From NCBI RefSeq assembly GCF_006345805.1, contig NC_043002.1, positions 54,622,001 to 54,686,000 on the forward strand: a DNA stretch of 64,000 bases. Direction: 5' to 3'. Shown here piece by piece: positions 13,891 to 25,249 of the stretch; the first letter of the stretch is position 1, and every line of letters begins with the position of its first letter. Position numbers and translations under genes: made by a program. The DNA is from Octopus sinensis. Its lineage: Eukaryota. The notes below the pieces were generated by a model. The model did not search any database, was not told the origin of the DNA, and saw only the letters and a list, made by a program, of their open reading frames with translations.

Positions 13891-15114
13891 TTTGTATGAA
13901 AAATCGTGTCATTGCATAATCATGGAATCCTTCAAGATAATACAAGCGAAAGGGAAAATAACTGCAAATGTCCCAACAATGACTGTTGTGCTCTTTGGAT
14001 AACAAACGTAAACGTTATAGTTGTTTAATCTCATTCAGTCCTAACTGAGTAAGAAAACATAGGATCAGAGACAATCCAATCAAGACCAATCCACCTTTTT
14101 TAAGCACTGTCTCTTGAAGACAACATATTACTAAGTGTCTTTCCTTTCTAAGGCAGTAGAATACGGTTTCAAGGAAAGCAGGCTGCTATTTCTTGCAAAG
14201 CGAGTGACCACGTACAGGTTCATTTATTTCTTTGAATTCCTTCCTTCAAGTTTTCTGGTGCCTATATTGTTTTTGTTCATCTCTGATTTTGTCCAGCTAT
14301 GACCATCTCATCTATTTTTCAACGACTGTATTTAGCATTAATTATCTTATTTATCCTTTGTTTTCCTTTCGTTTATCGTTTTGACAATAGAGTATTTGAA
14401 TGAGATTTGGTTACTATTTCTAACAGATTGAATGACTGCATGGATCCTTCTCTTTCAGCGTGATTACTCGAACGTTGTTAGTCTTAAAGGTACATGTATT
14501 AGCACAGTTTTTGTTGTGACTGAAAAAAATCCCATTCTATAAGAACTATAAATGTAAATTAATTTTAAGACATTAATTCTTAATTTCTTGCAATTATCTC
14601 CCCTTTTCGTTGAAAGTCGCTAACAATTACTGTCAACGACTAAGAAAGAGATTTCAATTATTTAAAAAAGTAATTTATTTATACAACTGGTAATTATTGT
14701 ATAATTAGGTAATTCATAGATCAGAGTTCACCGATCAGACCTATGATCAAAGGTATTCAAGCCGTAACAATCATCTTTTTTCCTTTTTTTCTTCTTTTTT
14801 TTTTTTACTAGAAGCTGACAACATTATTCAATTATCGAAAACAGCAAACCGATTTATATCATTGGTCTGTAACTTTCACACAAATTCCCTGTAAATTATA
14901 ATCTGAAATAAATCAATATTTACTCATGTCAAATGAGCTAATAAAAATATTTTTAAATGGTATGCAATGCTGGGCACTAACGAAAAGGCGCTGAAATCTC
15001 GTTATTTATCACTTGATTTGTGAATTAGGTTAATTGCATAAGAACTTCAGCGAGACTGTACTAGTAAGCAGAATCATCTGTAATATCATGAAATAAAAAT
15101 TTGAATATTTTTTT

Positions 15115-15535
15115 AGGCGTGGCTGTTTGGTAAGACATTTACTTTCCAACGATATGGTTTGGGGTTCAGTCCCAATGCGTGGCACCTTGGGAATGTCTTC
15201 TACTATAACCTTGTGGACCTAGTAGATAGAAACTGAAAGAAGTCCACGTGTGCGTGTGTGTATGTTTGTGTGTGTGTGTCTCTGTGTGTGTCTGTCTCTG
15301 TGTGTGTGTGTGTGTGTTGATATCTGTATTTGTGTTTGTCCCCTTTTACCACTTGACAATGGTTGTTGGTTTGTTTAAGTCCCTGCAACATAAGCGGCCC
15401 AGCAGAAGAAACTAGACCTTAAAACAAAAAAATAAAAAGAAAAGTACTGGGGTCGATTTATTCGACTAAATCCTTCAAGGCGGTGCCCCAGCATGGACAC
15501 AATCTAATGACTGAAACAAACAGAAGATAAATGAT
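15115..15535 (+). mobile_element. SINE family 1, diverged copy
   Basis: Head gtggctgtttggtaag...ggttcagtccc, tail aaggcggtgccccagcatgg...gactgaaac. Confidence 0.7.
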
Positions 15536-15589
15536 AAATATTTAGCATTACTATCCCACGATATAATTGCTTCAGTTGTCTCAATAGAC

Positions 15590-16250
15590 AATATTGGATC
15601 AAGTCACTTGCCAGACAAGTACACCTCCGACACATTATAATACCATCATTTGCACGAAGTCATATGTTTGTGATGGAGATGTATAGTTAAGTGAATCGAT
15701 CCAAAACCCGATTTTGATTTTCTCAACGACATTGAAATCATGAAAGCTGTAACTGACTTTGGTGGAATTTGGACTTAAAATCCCATACATATGTATGTAA
15801 CTAAATATAGGTTGAAAATTTTGGTACAAGGTCAGCAATTTATGAAGACTGGGTAAATCGATTACATCGATCCTAGTGCTCAACTGGGATTTATTTTATT
15901 GATTCCGAAAGAATGAAAGGCAAAGTCAACCTCGGCGAAATTTGAATGTTCTTAAGCATTTTGACCGACGCGGTGGCGATTCTCCCAGCTCACTATTCAG
16001 AATGTATCTAAATATTGATCTCAAGTATTTGTACAAGGCCTGCAATTTATGGGGAGAGGGTAAGTCGAATACATCGACCCCAGTGCTGAACTGGTATTTA
16101 CTTAACCGACCCCGAAAGAATGAAAGGCAATGTTGACCTCGGCGGTGTTTGAATACCGTTAAGCATTTTGGCCGAGGTGCTAACGATCCTACCAGCTCGA
16201 TGCCTTAAATGTAACTAAATATTACCAGGTTTTCTAATCGGGTAGAATCA
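15590..16250 (-). mobile_element. Cluster of decayed SINE family 2 (Meta-domain-like) fragments
   Basis: Repeated gaccccgaaagaatgaaaggcaaagtcaacctcggcg segments, the reverse complement of the family 2 core. Confidence 0.65.
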
Positions 16251-16449
16251 CTTAAAATACTTCACACCCGTAATGACAGGGATTTATCTTTTATCTTTTA
16301 CTTGTTTCATTCTTTGAACTACGGATATGCTAGGGTGCCCCCTTGAAGGGTTTTAGTCGAAAGAATCGATTCATGTACTTATTTTTTACAGGTACTTTTT
16401 CTATCGCTCTCATTACACACACACACACAGACCTGCGTGCAGCACATAC

Positions 16450-16736
16450 CCACACATACACACACATACCGCCTTTCTTGCACTCTCGTGTCTTTGAAAG
16501 AACTTTTTCTTCACCCATTTCCTTCCGGTCATTTCAATATGTGACCGCGTGTATATTGTTGGCGATTTCCTTTCTCCGCCTTCCCTTCTTTGGACTTTTC
16601 CTATATTTCTGATGAAGAGCTCCACTCGAAACGTAAAATCCTCTTTCTTTTCTTTCCTTTCCTGAGCTTCCAATAACACTGCACTTATTCCACGTCCTCG
16701 CGTTGGTGTTTTTTCTTGCTTGTTCATGTTTGAACT

Positions 16737-16740
<4 letters not shown>
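16450..16740 (+). mobile_element. Penelope-like terminal (pLTR) fragment, second family
   Basis: Homologous to 24340-24612 (ttccggtc.ttcaatatgtgacc, gaagagctcc.ctcgaaacgt, tttcctgagc); ends in (TA)n. Confidence 0.65.
16605..16639 (+). ncRNA. Minimal type I hammerhead-like motif with canonical core
   Basis: attt-CTGATGA-a-gag ctcca ctc-GAA-ACGT-A-aaat: intact core, 3-bp stem II, palindromic stem III, GUA triplet, stem I attt/aaat. Confidence 0.65.
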
Positions 16741-16786
<46 letters not shown>

Positions 16787-17078
16787 GCCCTGTTATTTGC
16801 ATTTGTATACCATTTTTCCGGGTTTTTTTTCCGTCCTTGTTTTCGTATATATTCGCTGCTTTCTTCTAAGGAATCTAGTGCTCTTAGCTTAGTTTTTCCT
16901 TGGGGCTGGCCAGATTGGAGCAATCTCGAGTATAACCAGCCGAAATTGCAAAGATAATCTGGAACTCGACTGAGGAAAGAAAACTCCGAATGACCCGTCC
17001 TTATTTTTCTTGTCCATTTTTTGTATCATCTGTCTGAATACTTTGCGTTCTTTTCTGTATTCCTTTTTATATACAGAC

Positions 17079-17125
<47 letters not shown>

Positions 17126-18157
17126 GGGTCGTATTTATTTGCCTTCAGAGTAGAGAGAAAGAAAGAGAGTGAAAGAGGGAGAAGAGAGAAGAGAAAGAGA
17201 GAAGAGAAAGAGAGAGAGGGGAAGGAGAAAGAGGGAGAGAGAGAGAGAGACGCACACACGAAAAATGACAAAAGTATATAAGGCCTGTAATGATGTAAAC
17301 TAAGAAAAACAAAAATATCATTCTTTGCTAATCTCAGATGTTCATTTAGTTGTCTGTCTCGTCCATTTCTTTCGCTCATTATCTTTGAGAACCTTTGTCC
17401 CAGTGAAATACGATCAGCTCAACTTTAGTCTGTCGATTCGCATCTGTGTCATGCCGTAATCTTAACCAATACAATACACGTACAGTGTCCTCTTGATAAG
17501 ATACTTTTTTTTTTTTTTAGATAAAGTTGCTTGACTAAAAAATATTTAAATAACACCAATTATTTATCGTAATTGTTTAGTCGAAACTTATACTTTACCT
17601 TCCAAATACTCATGCGCATGCACGCACACACTGACGCAGTCACGCACATACACGCTCAGATATACATAGTCTTTCATCACGTGCGTGTACACACACACAC
17701 ACACACAGACTCAATGAGTGAGCCCGTAGGTGTTCATTGGACCTGCTAGAAGCAGCAGCTAAATCGTTCTTTAAATATAACCTTACAGTCCTAAAAAGAA
17801 AGAGGACAACCACATTGGATAATAGGGATGCAAATAGACGGGATGACGAAGGCTGTAACATCTTTGGCCTGAAGTTAAACACACACACGCACAAGCACTT
17901 CAGAAGCATCGTGTTCTTATGAATTAAATGTTAGATTATTGAATCATGGATCGTGATCCCGCATCTCTTATAACAGTGAGTGTAACCAACAAAGACTGCA
18001 TGATTCAGCAATGTACCTTAATTAAATTAGGCGTCAGCAATCAGTTAGGTGTCTGTGACAGGAGGTAAACACTGGCTCGATGCATAGCGCACGGTTTGTG
18101 CTAACAACCTTCCAGAACACACCAATAGTGAGGGCGACCTAATCAAATCAGTAACAT

Positions 18158-18585
18158 AGGCGCAGGAGTGGCTGTGTGGTAAGTAGCTTGTTTACCAACC
18201 ACATGGTTCCGGGTTCAGTCCCACTGCGTGGCACTTTGGGCAAGTGTCCTCTACTATAGCCTCGGGCCGACCAAAGCCTTGTGAGTGGATTTGGTAGACG
18301 GAAACTGAAAAGAAGCCCGTCGTATATATGTATATATATATATATATATATGCATGTGTGTGTTTGTGTGTCTGTGTTTGTTCCCCCTAGCATTGCTTGA
18401 CAACCGATGCTGGTGTGTTTACGTCCCCGTTACTTAGCGGTTCGGCAAAAGCGACCGATAGAATAAGTACTGGGCTTACAAAAGAATAAGTCCCGGGGTC
18501 GAGTTGCTCGATTAAAGGCGGTGCTCCAGCATGGCCGCAGTCAAATGATTGAAACAAGTAAAAGAGTAAAAGAGTAAAGAGTATA
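18158..18585 (+). mobile_element. tRNA-derived SINE family 1, full length
   Basis: A-box-like gtggctgtgtggtaag, B-box-like ggttcagtccc, central (TA)n, (gtaaaaga)n tail; many copies in the window. Confidence 0.9.
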
Positions 18586-18789
18586 ATGATTGTTAAACTG
18601 CTTGGATTTCAAATTTTGGCACAAGGCCAAAAATTTTGAGGGAGGGAGTAAGTCGATTAGAGCGACCCCAGTACGTAACTGGTACTTATTTCATCGACCC
18701 CGAAAGGATGAAAAGCAAAGTCAACCTCAGAGGGAGGTGACCTCAGAACGTAAAGACAGACGAAATATTTCTAAGCATTTTGTCCGGCG

Positions 18790-19018
18790 TACTCTTTACT
18801 CTTTTACTCTTTTACTTATTTCAGTCATTTGACTGTGGCCATGCTGGAGCACCGCTTTAGTCAAGTAAATCGGCCCCAGGACTTATTCTTTGTAAGCCTA
18901 GTAGTTATTCTATCGGTCTCTTTTGCCGAACCGCTAAGTTACGGGGACGCAAACACACCACCATCGGTTGTCAAGTGATGTTGGGGGAACAAACACAGAC
19001 ACACAAGCATATACTCAC

Positions 19019-19072
<54 letters not shown>

Positions 19073-19231
19073 GCGACGAGCTTCTTTCAGTTTCCATCTA
19101 CCAAATCCACTCACAAGGCTTTGGTCGGCCCCAGGCTATAGTAGAAGACACTTGTCCAAGGTGCCACGCAGTGGGAATGAACCCGGAACCATGTGGTTGG
19201 TAAGAAAGATACTTACCACACAACCACTCCT
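18790..19231 (-). mobile_element. SINE family 1, full length, inverted relative to the 18158 copy
   Basis: Reverse-complement match to 18158-18585 along its whole length. Confidence 0.9.
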
Positions 19232-19265
19232 AAAGATTCTGCAGGCTCGCCGCTTTAATATATTA

Positions 19266-19308
<43 letters not shown>

Positions 19309-19309
19309 G

Positions 19310-19720
19310 CAATCTTTTCTACTATAGGCACAAGGCCTGAAATTTTGTGGAGGGGTACACTCGATTACATCGACTCCACTACTTGACTGGTACTTTTTCA
19401 TCGACTCCGAACGGATGAAAGGCAAAGTAGACCTTGGCGGGATTTGAACTCAAAACATAAAGACCCAGAACAAATACTTCAAAGCATTATGTCCGATACT
19501 TTACGAGTCTACCAACTTGCTGCATTAGTAATAATAATTCTTTCTAATTTTAGAGGGGAAAGGGAAGTCAATTGGTACTTTTTTTATGGAATGCGAAAGG
19601 ACGAAAGGCAAAGTCATCGTTCACGGCACTTGAACTTGGAGTATAAAACCAGAAGAAATGCCGCTAAGCATTTTGTCCGGCACGGTAACGATTCTGCCAG
19701 TTCGCCGTCTTCACTTTTGT
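19310..19720 (-). mobile_element. Two decayed SINE family 2 copies
   Basis: Core gatgaaaggcaaagt.gacc and head acgattctgccagttcgcc. Confidence 0.6.
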
Positions 19721-20469
19721 CCTCGTAATAATGATAATAATAAATAATAGAAAAGACAGCTCCCAGCTCGTAGCAGCGATCGCAGAAATATTACGTGACT
19801 GAGGGGTTGTTTTCTAGCTATTTTCAACCAATCAGATTACTACATTTTTCTCGCGCGAAATGCTCTTACAGATAGATTACTGAAGTCTACTGACCAACAT
19901 AAAATACAAAACCTTTGATATTTTCCTTTTTTTCTTCTTTTTATCGCTGACAGCCTCTGTTCATGGCAATGTCTAAACGCTCAAAATCGATTCTGTCAAA
20001 CACACACACACACACACAGACATTCTGATGACTCAGGTCGTTTTATACTCGTATCATTTGTTGTGTGAAATATGGTCTGAATATAATGAATCCTTGGTGA
20101 GAGTTTTCTACCAGAAATAGCACACATTTATTTGCAGTATGTTTATTTTATATTCTTTAGTTTCTTCATATTTTTTCATGAAAATTCTTGTAAACATGAG
20201 TGAACACCGTCACATTTTCCTAAACATGAGCTCCGTCTTAACCAGATATTCTTACGATCTTCTAGTGCTGTGTCAATACTCAGCTTTGTTTTGTATTTGC
20301 AAACTGACATTTTTTTGCATTTTCATGATTCAATAACACAGACGTTTTATACTGAAATTTGTTTGCTTATGTCTGAGTTACAGAATTAAATTACTTTTGG
20401 CATCTTAGTTATTTTCATTGCTATCTCGCCTCTATCCCTGGAACCCTTATCCTCATTTATCTATATTGA

Positions 20470-20678
20470 TTTCAAATTTTGGCACAAGGCCAGCAGTTTC
20501 GGGGGTAGGGGTAAGTCGATTGTATCAGCTCCAGAGTTCAGCTGGTACTTATTTTATTGACCCCGAAAGGATAAAAGGCAAAGTTGACTTCGACAGAATT
20601 TGCACTCAGAACGTAAAGACGGACGAAATGCCGCTAAGCATTTTTCCCAGCGTGCTTACGATTCTGCCAGCTCACCAC
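20470..20678 (-). mobile_element. SINE family 2, older subfamily with ggccttgtgccaaaatttgaa tail
   Basis: Head, core and tail all present on the minus strand. Confidence 0.75.
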
Positions 20679-20720
20679 ATCACATCATTTATTTTACAAA
20701 ATGGTTCACTAATCCTCTCC

Positions 20721-22159
20721 TGCGGGATCATTGCCTTTCGGTGCGCTAAGTCTACTTTTGTTCAAATTTTCTACACTGATGTAATTTTTCATTCTATTTA
20801 CGAAAATTAAATTCATTTTCTGTAGAGATTAAGAATAAAAGAAAAGTTACGAACTTGTTAAGATTGAAATTGTCGCTAATTTAGCCAGTCAGAAGCTTCC
20901 ATTATCGACATACCGGGAAGTATAGTTTCTGTATGTTTGCGATAAGAAAACGAAAATATTACGAAACTTTGAACGATTTTTAATGAAAAGTTCCGAAATG
21001 AAAGAAAGAATGAAAAGTCAAAAAGAAATTTGTGCGATGCACTGAAACTGTTTTTTCTGAATTCGCAATATTCGTTTCTGCACGCTACATGAACTCACAG
21101 TGACACGAGTCAATTATAGGCTGATAAGAGTCACGATGCTGCTTATTTCCTCGTTTGATCGGGTCTCAAGTGCTTTCCACGTGTGTAGATCCCACCGTCT
21201 TACGAGTTCATGAACTCAATGTTACGATTCGCCGTTTAATGCTGAAAATGGTCTCTCTGGTATGTGCGTGTACGTTCGTCACAAGTCATTTCCCAGTTGA
21301 ACCGACTCTCAAATACTCTTTCCGTATATCACGGTTGCGAAAGGACATGTTATCTACTGTGTCTCGCGACAGACACAGCCGCAACCCACTGCTCTGGTAG
21401 CACCCTTCCTTAGTTGTACTTCCGTCTTGAGATTATTGTTTCATCTATTTCTATATATTATTCCAGGACCGGTTTGCGAAGTTTATCCTCTGGACATACT
21501 TCGCGTACATGGCCGTTATAATCCACACTTGTACCATGATTTTATATCCAATTCCTCCACACAAAAACGGATAGTAGACAATTCATTAGCCTAGGAGTAG
21601 AGGAACAGAGCTAAAATTCTAAGTCTATTGCCACCTTTAAACCTTATACCTTTTCTCACAGACACATTTCTTACATTTTGTCTTGTCACAGTACGAACAA
21701 CTGCCATCTTCATTTCATGTTTCTTGTGACACATCTTCGGGATTACTCCCTTCTCTCGGTAAAAAAAGGTTTTAAAATACCTAACTGCGTCATCCGCCAT
21801 CTTTAATTTCTCCCATAAAGTTCCCAGAGGCACTCTTTTCACGTTCATAGTGGTGGTGGTTTGTACCGGTTTATTTTCTATGGAAAATCTGTTTACACGA
21901 CTTGCACTGCTAACTTTCTATGGGAAATTTATCTTTTATGGAAATAGACGCAAATATTATTTCCGGTATGTCGATAATGGAGGCTTCTGACTGTCTCAAA
22001 TTAATAAAAATTTCACTCTTTAAAATGTTTGTAACTTTTATATAATTAATTTATGCAAAATAAGTAAAACAAAATAATTAATTTCATTAGCATACTAATT
22101 AAATTATTGTAAACAAATCTGAAATCGGATACAGCAAACCAGAAAGTAGAGATCGCGCC
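20721..22159 (-). mobile_element. Merlin DNA transposon with long degenerate TIRs
   Basis: TIR core cagtcagaagcttccattatcgacataccgg (20886-20916) is the reverse complement, with one mismatch, of 21963-21993; weaker similarity extends outward to about 20721 and 22159. Confidence 0.75.
21018..21848 (-). pseudogene. Merlin (IS1595/IS1016-related) DDE transposase pseudogene
   Basis: Fragments VSVRKGIRFKG, VREVCPED, IEIDETIISRRKYN*GRVLPEQWV, NDL*RTY, THVEST*DPIKRGNK and IDSCHCEFM*R give all three catalytic positions in order; several stops and frameshifts. Confidence 0.85.
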
Positions 22160-22639
22160 TCAGTTTTACTCACAAACTGAAATATTTAACTTTGATTAGA
22201 AACCATGATTGAATACGACCATCAATTGCTCAGTAGATGATCAGAGCTGACAAGTAAAGGAGCAAAGAGTTTTGAACTAATCAGATTATTCAGCTGCAGA
22301 TTCAGTATTTCAAATCTTGCCGCCTACGTCGTATTGTATCCATAAATCTTATTAACTATTTCTAACGGAACCACTTATAGTGTCGATCATAACCCTCCCC
22401 AGTGAGCATAAATTGTAAAGAGGGAAAGAGGAGGAGGAGGAGGAGGAGGAGGAGGACGAAATATGCCTGTCTATCTGACTCAAAGTACAAGATCATTTTA
22501 AGAGTGATATACATTTTTAGAAAATATATTCACGAATGATTTGATCTTCGCACTAATTTTTTTCTTGTCCACTACCATGTAATTTTATTGTCACATTACT
22601 CACCCACTTATTTTTCATTCTTCTTATATTCTCCGCTAC

Positions 22640-23070
22640 TAAATAACTGATGAAGCTGTTGAACAGAAAAGCTTGAAACCAAAGACAAGTTACGAGATGA
22701 CAATATTGTTTTTACATTATGCCATAATGACCCCCTTGCTGCATCAGTTTATCTGACACTATTGACACTATGCTTCAACCGGTGGTGGGGTGTCGGAGAA
22801 CAAGTTGTGGAAGACGATATAAAAAATAATAACGAAAGGACAAGGAAAAGAATTGAATAAACTGTAAATCCTCGTTAATGAGATTGATTTTAGAGGGGAA
22901 AAATGTTTCATTGCTAAAATAGGAAAACAAAAATTCAAAAATTTTGAATTTAGTTTCTTTCGTAAAACCAACATCTGTCGGTATGTCTGTGACGTTGGTG
23001 CGAGTGCTTAGCTGGTTCTCCACAGTAAAATAACGACGACATACGTAAATCGCATTATTTTTCGACATTG
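22640..23070. mobile_element. Decayed Penelope-like terminal fragments in opposite orientations
   Basis: Plus strand ctgatgaagct...agcttgaaac hammerhead-like relic near 22648; minus strand K*CDL.M...VILL resembles the PLE C-terminal CxLC motif. Confidence 0.35.
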
Positions 23071-23204
23071 TTTTTAGACTTAAATTTTATTCTTTCACCA
23101 GACTTTTGCTATCGCTAGTGCCATGACCATAACTACGAAATTAAGACACTTATACATACATACTTTCGTGTATGTATGCTTGCGTGCACGCAGACACAGA
23201 CAGA

Positions 23205-23400
23205 CATTCTCTTTTTTATTCTTTTACTTGTTTCAGTCATTTGACTGCGGCCATTCTGAAGCACTACCTTGACCCCAGGACTTATTTCTTAATCCTAGTA
23301 CTCATTCTATCGGTTCCCTTTCACCGAACCGCTAAATTACGGGTAGGTAAACATATCAACACCAGATGTATAGCGGTGATGGGAGAACAAACACAGGCAC
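23205..23400 (-). mobile_element. SINE family 1, 3' half
   Basis: cttttacttgtttcagtcatttgactgcggccat...gaaccgctaaattacggg. Confidence 0.75.
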
Positions 23401-23857
23401 AAAGACACACGCTTGTAGATATATACATATATACATATATATATATATACATATATATATATACACATATATATACATATATATATATACACACCCACAA
23501 ACAATTTTTTTCCATCAATCTTTCAATTATAAAGTGTGTGCTTGCATACATATATATACACACATATAAACCTCTACATTTGTACACATACGCACATATA
23601 TACATACATTCACTCGCACGCACGTATACACACACGCACACACACACACACATTTACATATATATACAATACACGCACACACACATACACACGTACAAAC
23701 ACACACAAATTCACATACACACCGACACATATGCATACACACAATATATACCTACACGCGCACGCACACATACACATACGTACACACATATAAGCACAGA
23801 CACAGACACACACACACACATACAAACGCACACATACACGCACACACAACTACACGC

Positions 23858-23892
<35 letters not shown>

Positions 23893-24335
23893 TGAACCCA
23901 CACATACATCCTATACACACGGCACACAATTATACATACACGCACACATTTATACATACATATATATACACACACAACGCACGTACAAGCACACACGCAC
24001 ACATACACTAAGTTAAGCACAGTTACTCGCCACACACCCAAACTCTACGCATACACACACGAACACACACATACACACACACACTACAAACAAAACACAC
24101 ACACAATACATATACATACACGCACACACACATACCTCTTTGTTTTGACCTGTGGCTGGACACAAAAAACATCACTCCTTATTCTTACTACTGGCCAGCT
24201 ACTAGCTAGTTGTTCGCCCTACACACATACACACACGCACGCACACACACACACACACACGTGTCATCATTGCACACATACACACACACACACGCACACG
24301 CAGACCCCCGCGCACGCATACATCCACACACATTC
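23400..24335. repeat. Long degenerate (CA)n/(TA)n microsatellite field
   Basis: Directly visible; source of the His/Thr/Tyr-rich 279-aa ORF and the VC ORFs. Confidence 0.9.
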
Positions 24336-24339
24336 CCCC

Positions 24340-24612
24340 TCTCACTTTCCTTGTCTTTGACATACTACCTACTGTCTTTGAAAACTCTCCTGTCTTTAAA
24401 AAACATTATTCTTCCACCTTTCTACTTCCGGTCTTTCAATATGTGACCTCGTGAGTACCGCTGGCGATTTTTTTCCCCTGTCTTCCCTTCGCGGGATCTT
24501 TCCTTCTCCTATGTTTCCGACGAAGAGCTCCGCTCGAAACGTTAAACCCTCCTTTTTCCCTTCTTTCCTGAGCGTTGTTGTGTTTTTTTGTGTTTTCTTG
24601 TTTGGATTAACT
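24340..24612 (+). mobile_element. Penelope-like pLTR fragment (same family as 16450-16740)
   Basis: Shared blocks with the 16.5-kb copy; hammerhead-like motif at 24513-24547 with core CCGACGA, stem II gagc/gctc, stem I gttt/aaac; ends in (TA)n. Confidence 0.65.
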
Positions 24613-24659
24613 ATATATACATATATATACACATATATATACATATATATTGATATATT

Positions 24660-24691
<32 letters not shown>

Positions 24692-24694
<3 letters not shown>

Positions 24695-25028
24695 CAACAA
24701 TTGAGGGTAAAATTAATTAATTATTAATCAATTTCACCAAGTATTCAGTATGTAAAGGGACCATTTAAGGCGAATTCAAAATATACATTATATAAAAGGG
24801 CTTAGTAAAATAAATTACTTTGCCACATACTGAACTCATTAGAAATAGCAGCTAAAAAATTTCTTTAGCCATTTCTAATACTTAAAGAAAATCTCTCTCA
24901 GATAGTGTTTGCTCAAACAACTCACGAAGGTATGGGGGTAAAAACATTAAAAAATCACAAGTGCAAAGGTTATTTGAGAACGTACGTTTCTAGATTAGTC
25001 AAATCGACATTTCTTTCGTCAGTTCAGA
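24692..25028 (-). mobile_element. Probable Penelope-like terminal fragment on the minus strand
   Basis: Starts at a (TA)n tract; carries CTGACGA...GAAACGTACGT on the minus strand at about 24976-25026. Confidence 0.45.
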
Positions 25029-25249
25029 ACTCCTTGATTCGGATCTGGGAACACTGCCCCTCCCTACAACCCCTTCTCCCCTCCTGATGGCTCCATCCCC
25101 TACACCTAACCCTACTGCCCCCCACACCACACCTCCCAATCCCTCCCCCTCAGACTCCACGAGACCTACCACCCCTCCTACTTCTATTCCACCCACCCCT
25201 TCTCCACTTCCGTCTGTTGTTACCATTCCCCCCGATCTTCCCTCTCTGC

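Noticed and set aside
16840-17050. Possible coding exon (LLQSGQPQGKTKLRALDSLEES on the minus strand)
   Set aside because: No recognisable family, no convincing splice-site pair, and it is sandwiched between repeat fragments.
18158-18235. tRNA gene calls for SINE heads (also 38530-38605)
   Set aside because: A/B boxes are present but continue into SINE bodies found in many copies; no complete cloverleaf could be supported.
19780-19865. Promoter-like cluster (tacgtga, ccaatcag, tctcgcgcgaaa)
   Set aside because: Short motifs with no downstream gene; similar CCAAT-containing strings occur at repeat ends.
23172-24011. 279-aa His/Thr/Tyr-rich ORF
   Set aside because: A SINE fragment followed by a degenerate CA/TA field that lacks stops by composition.
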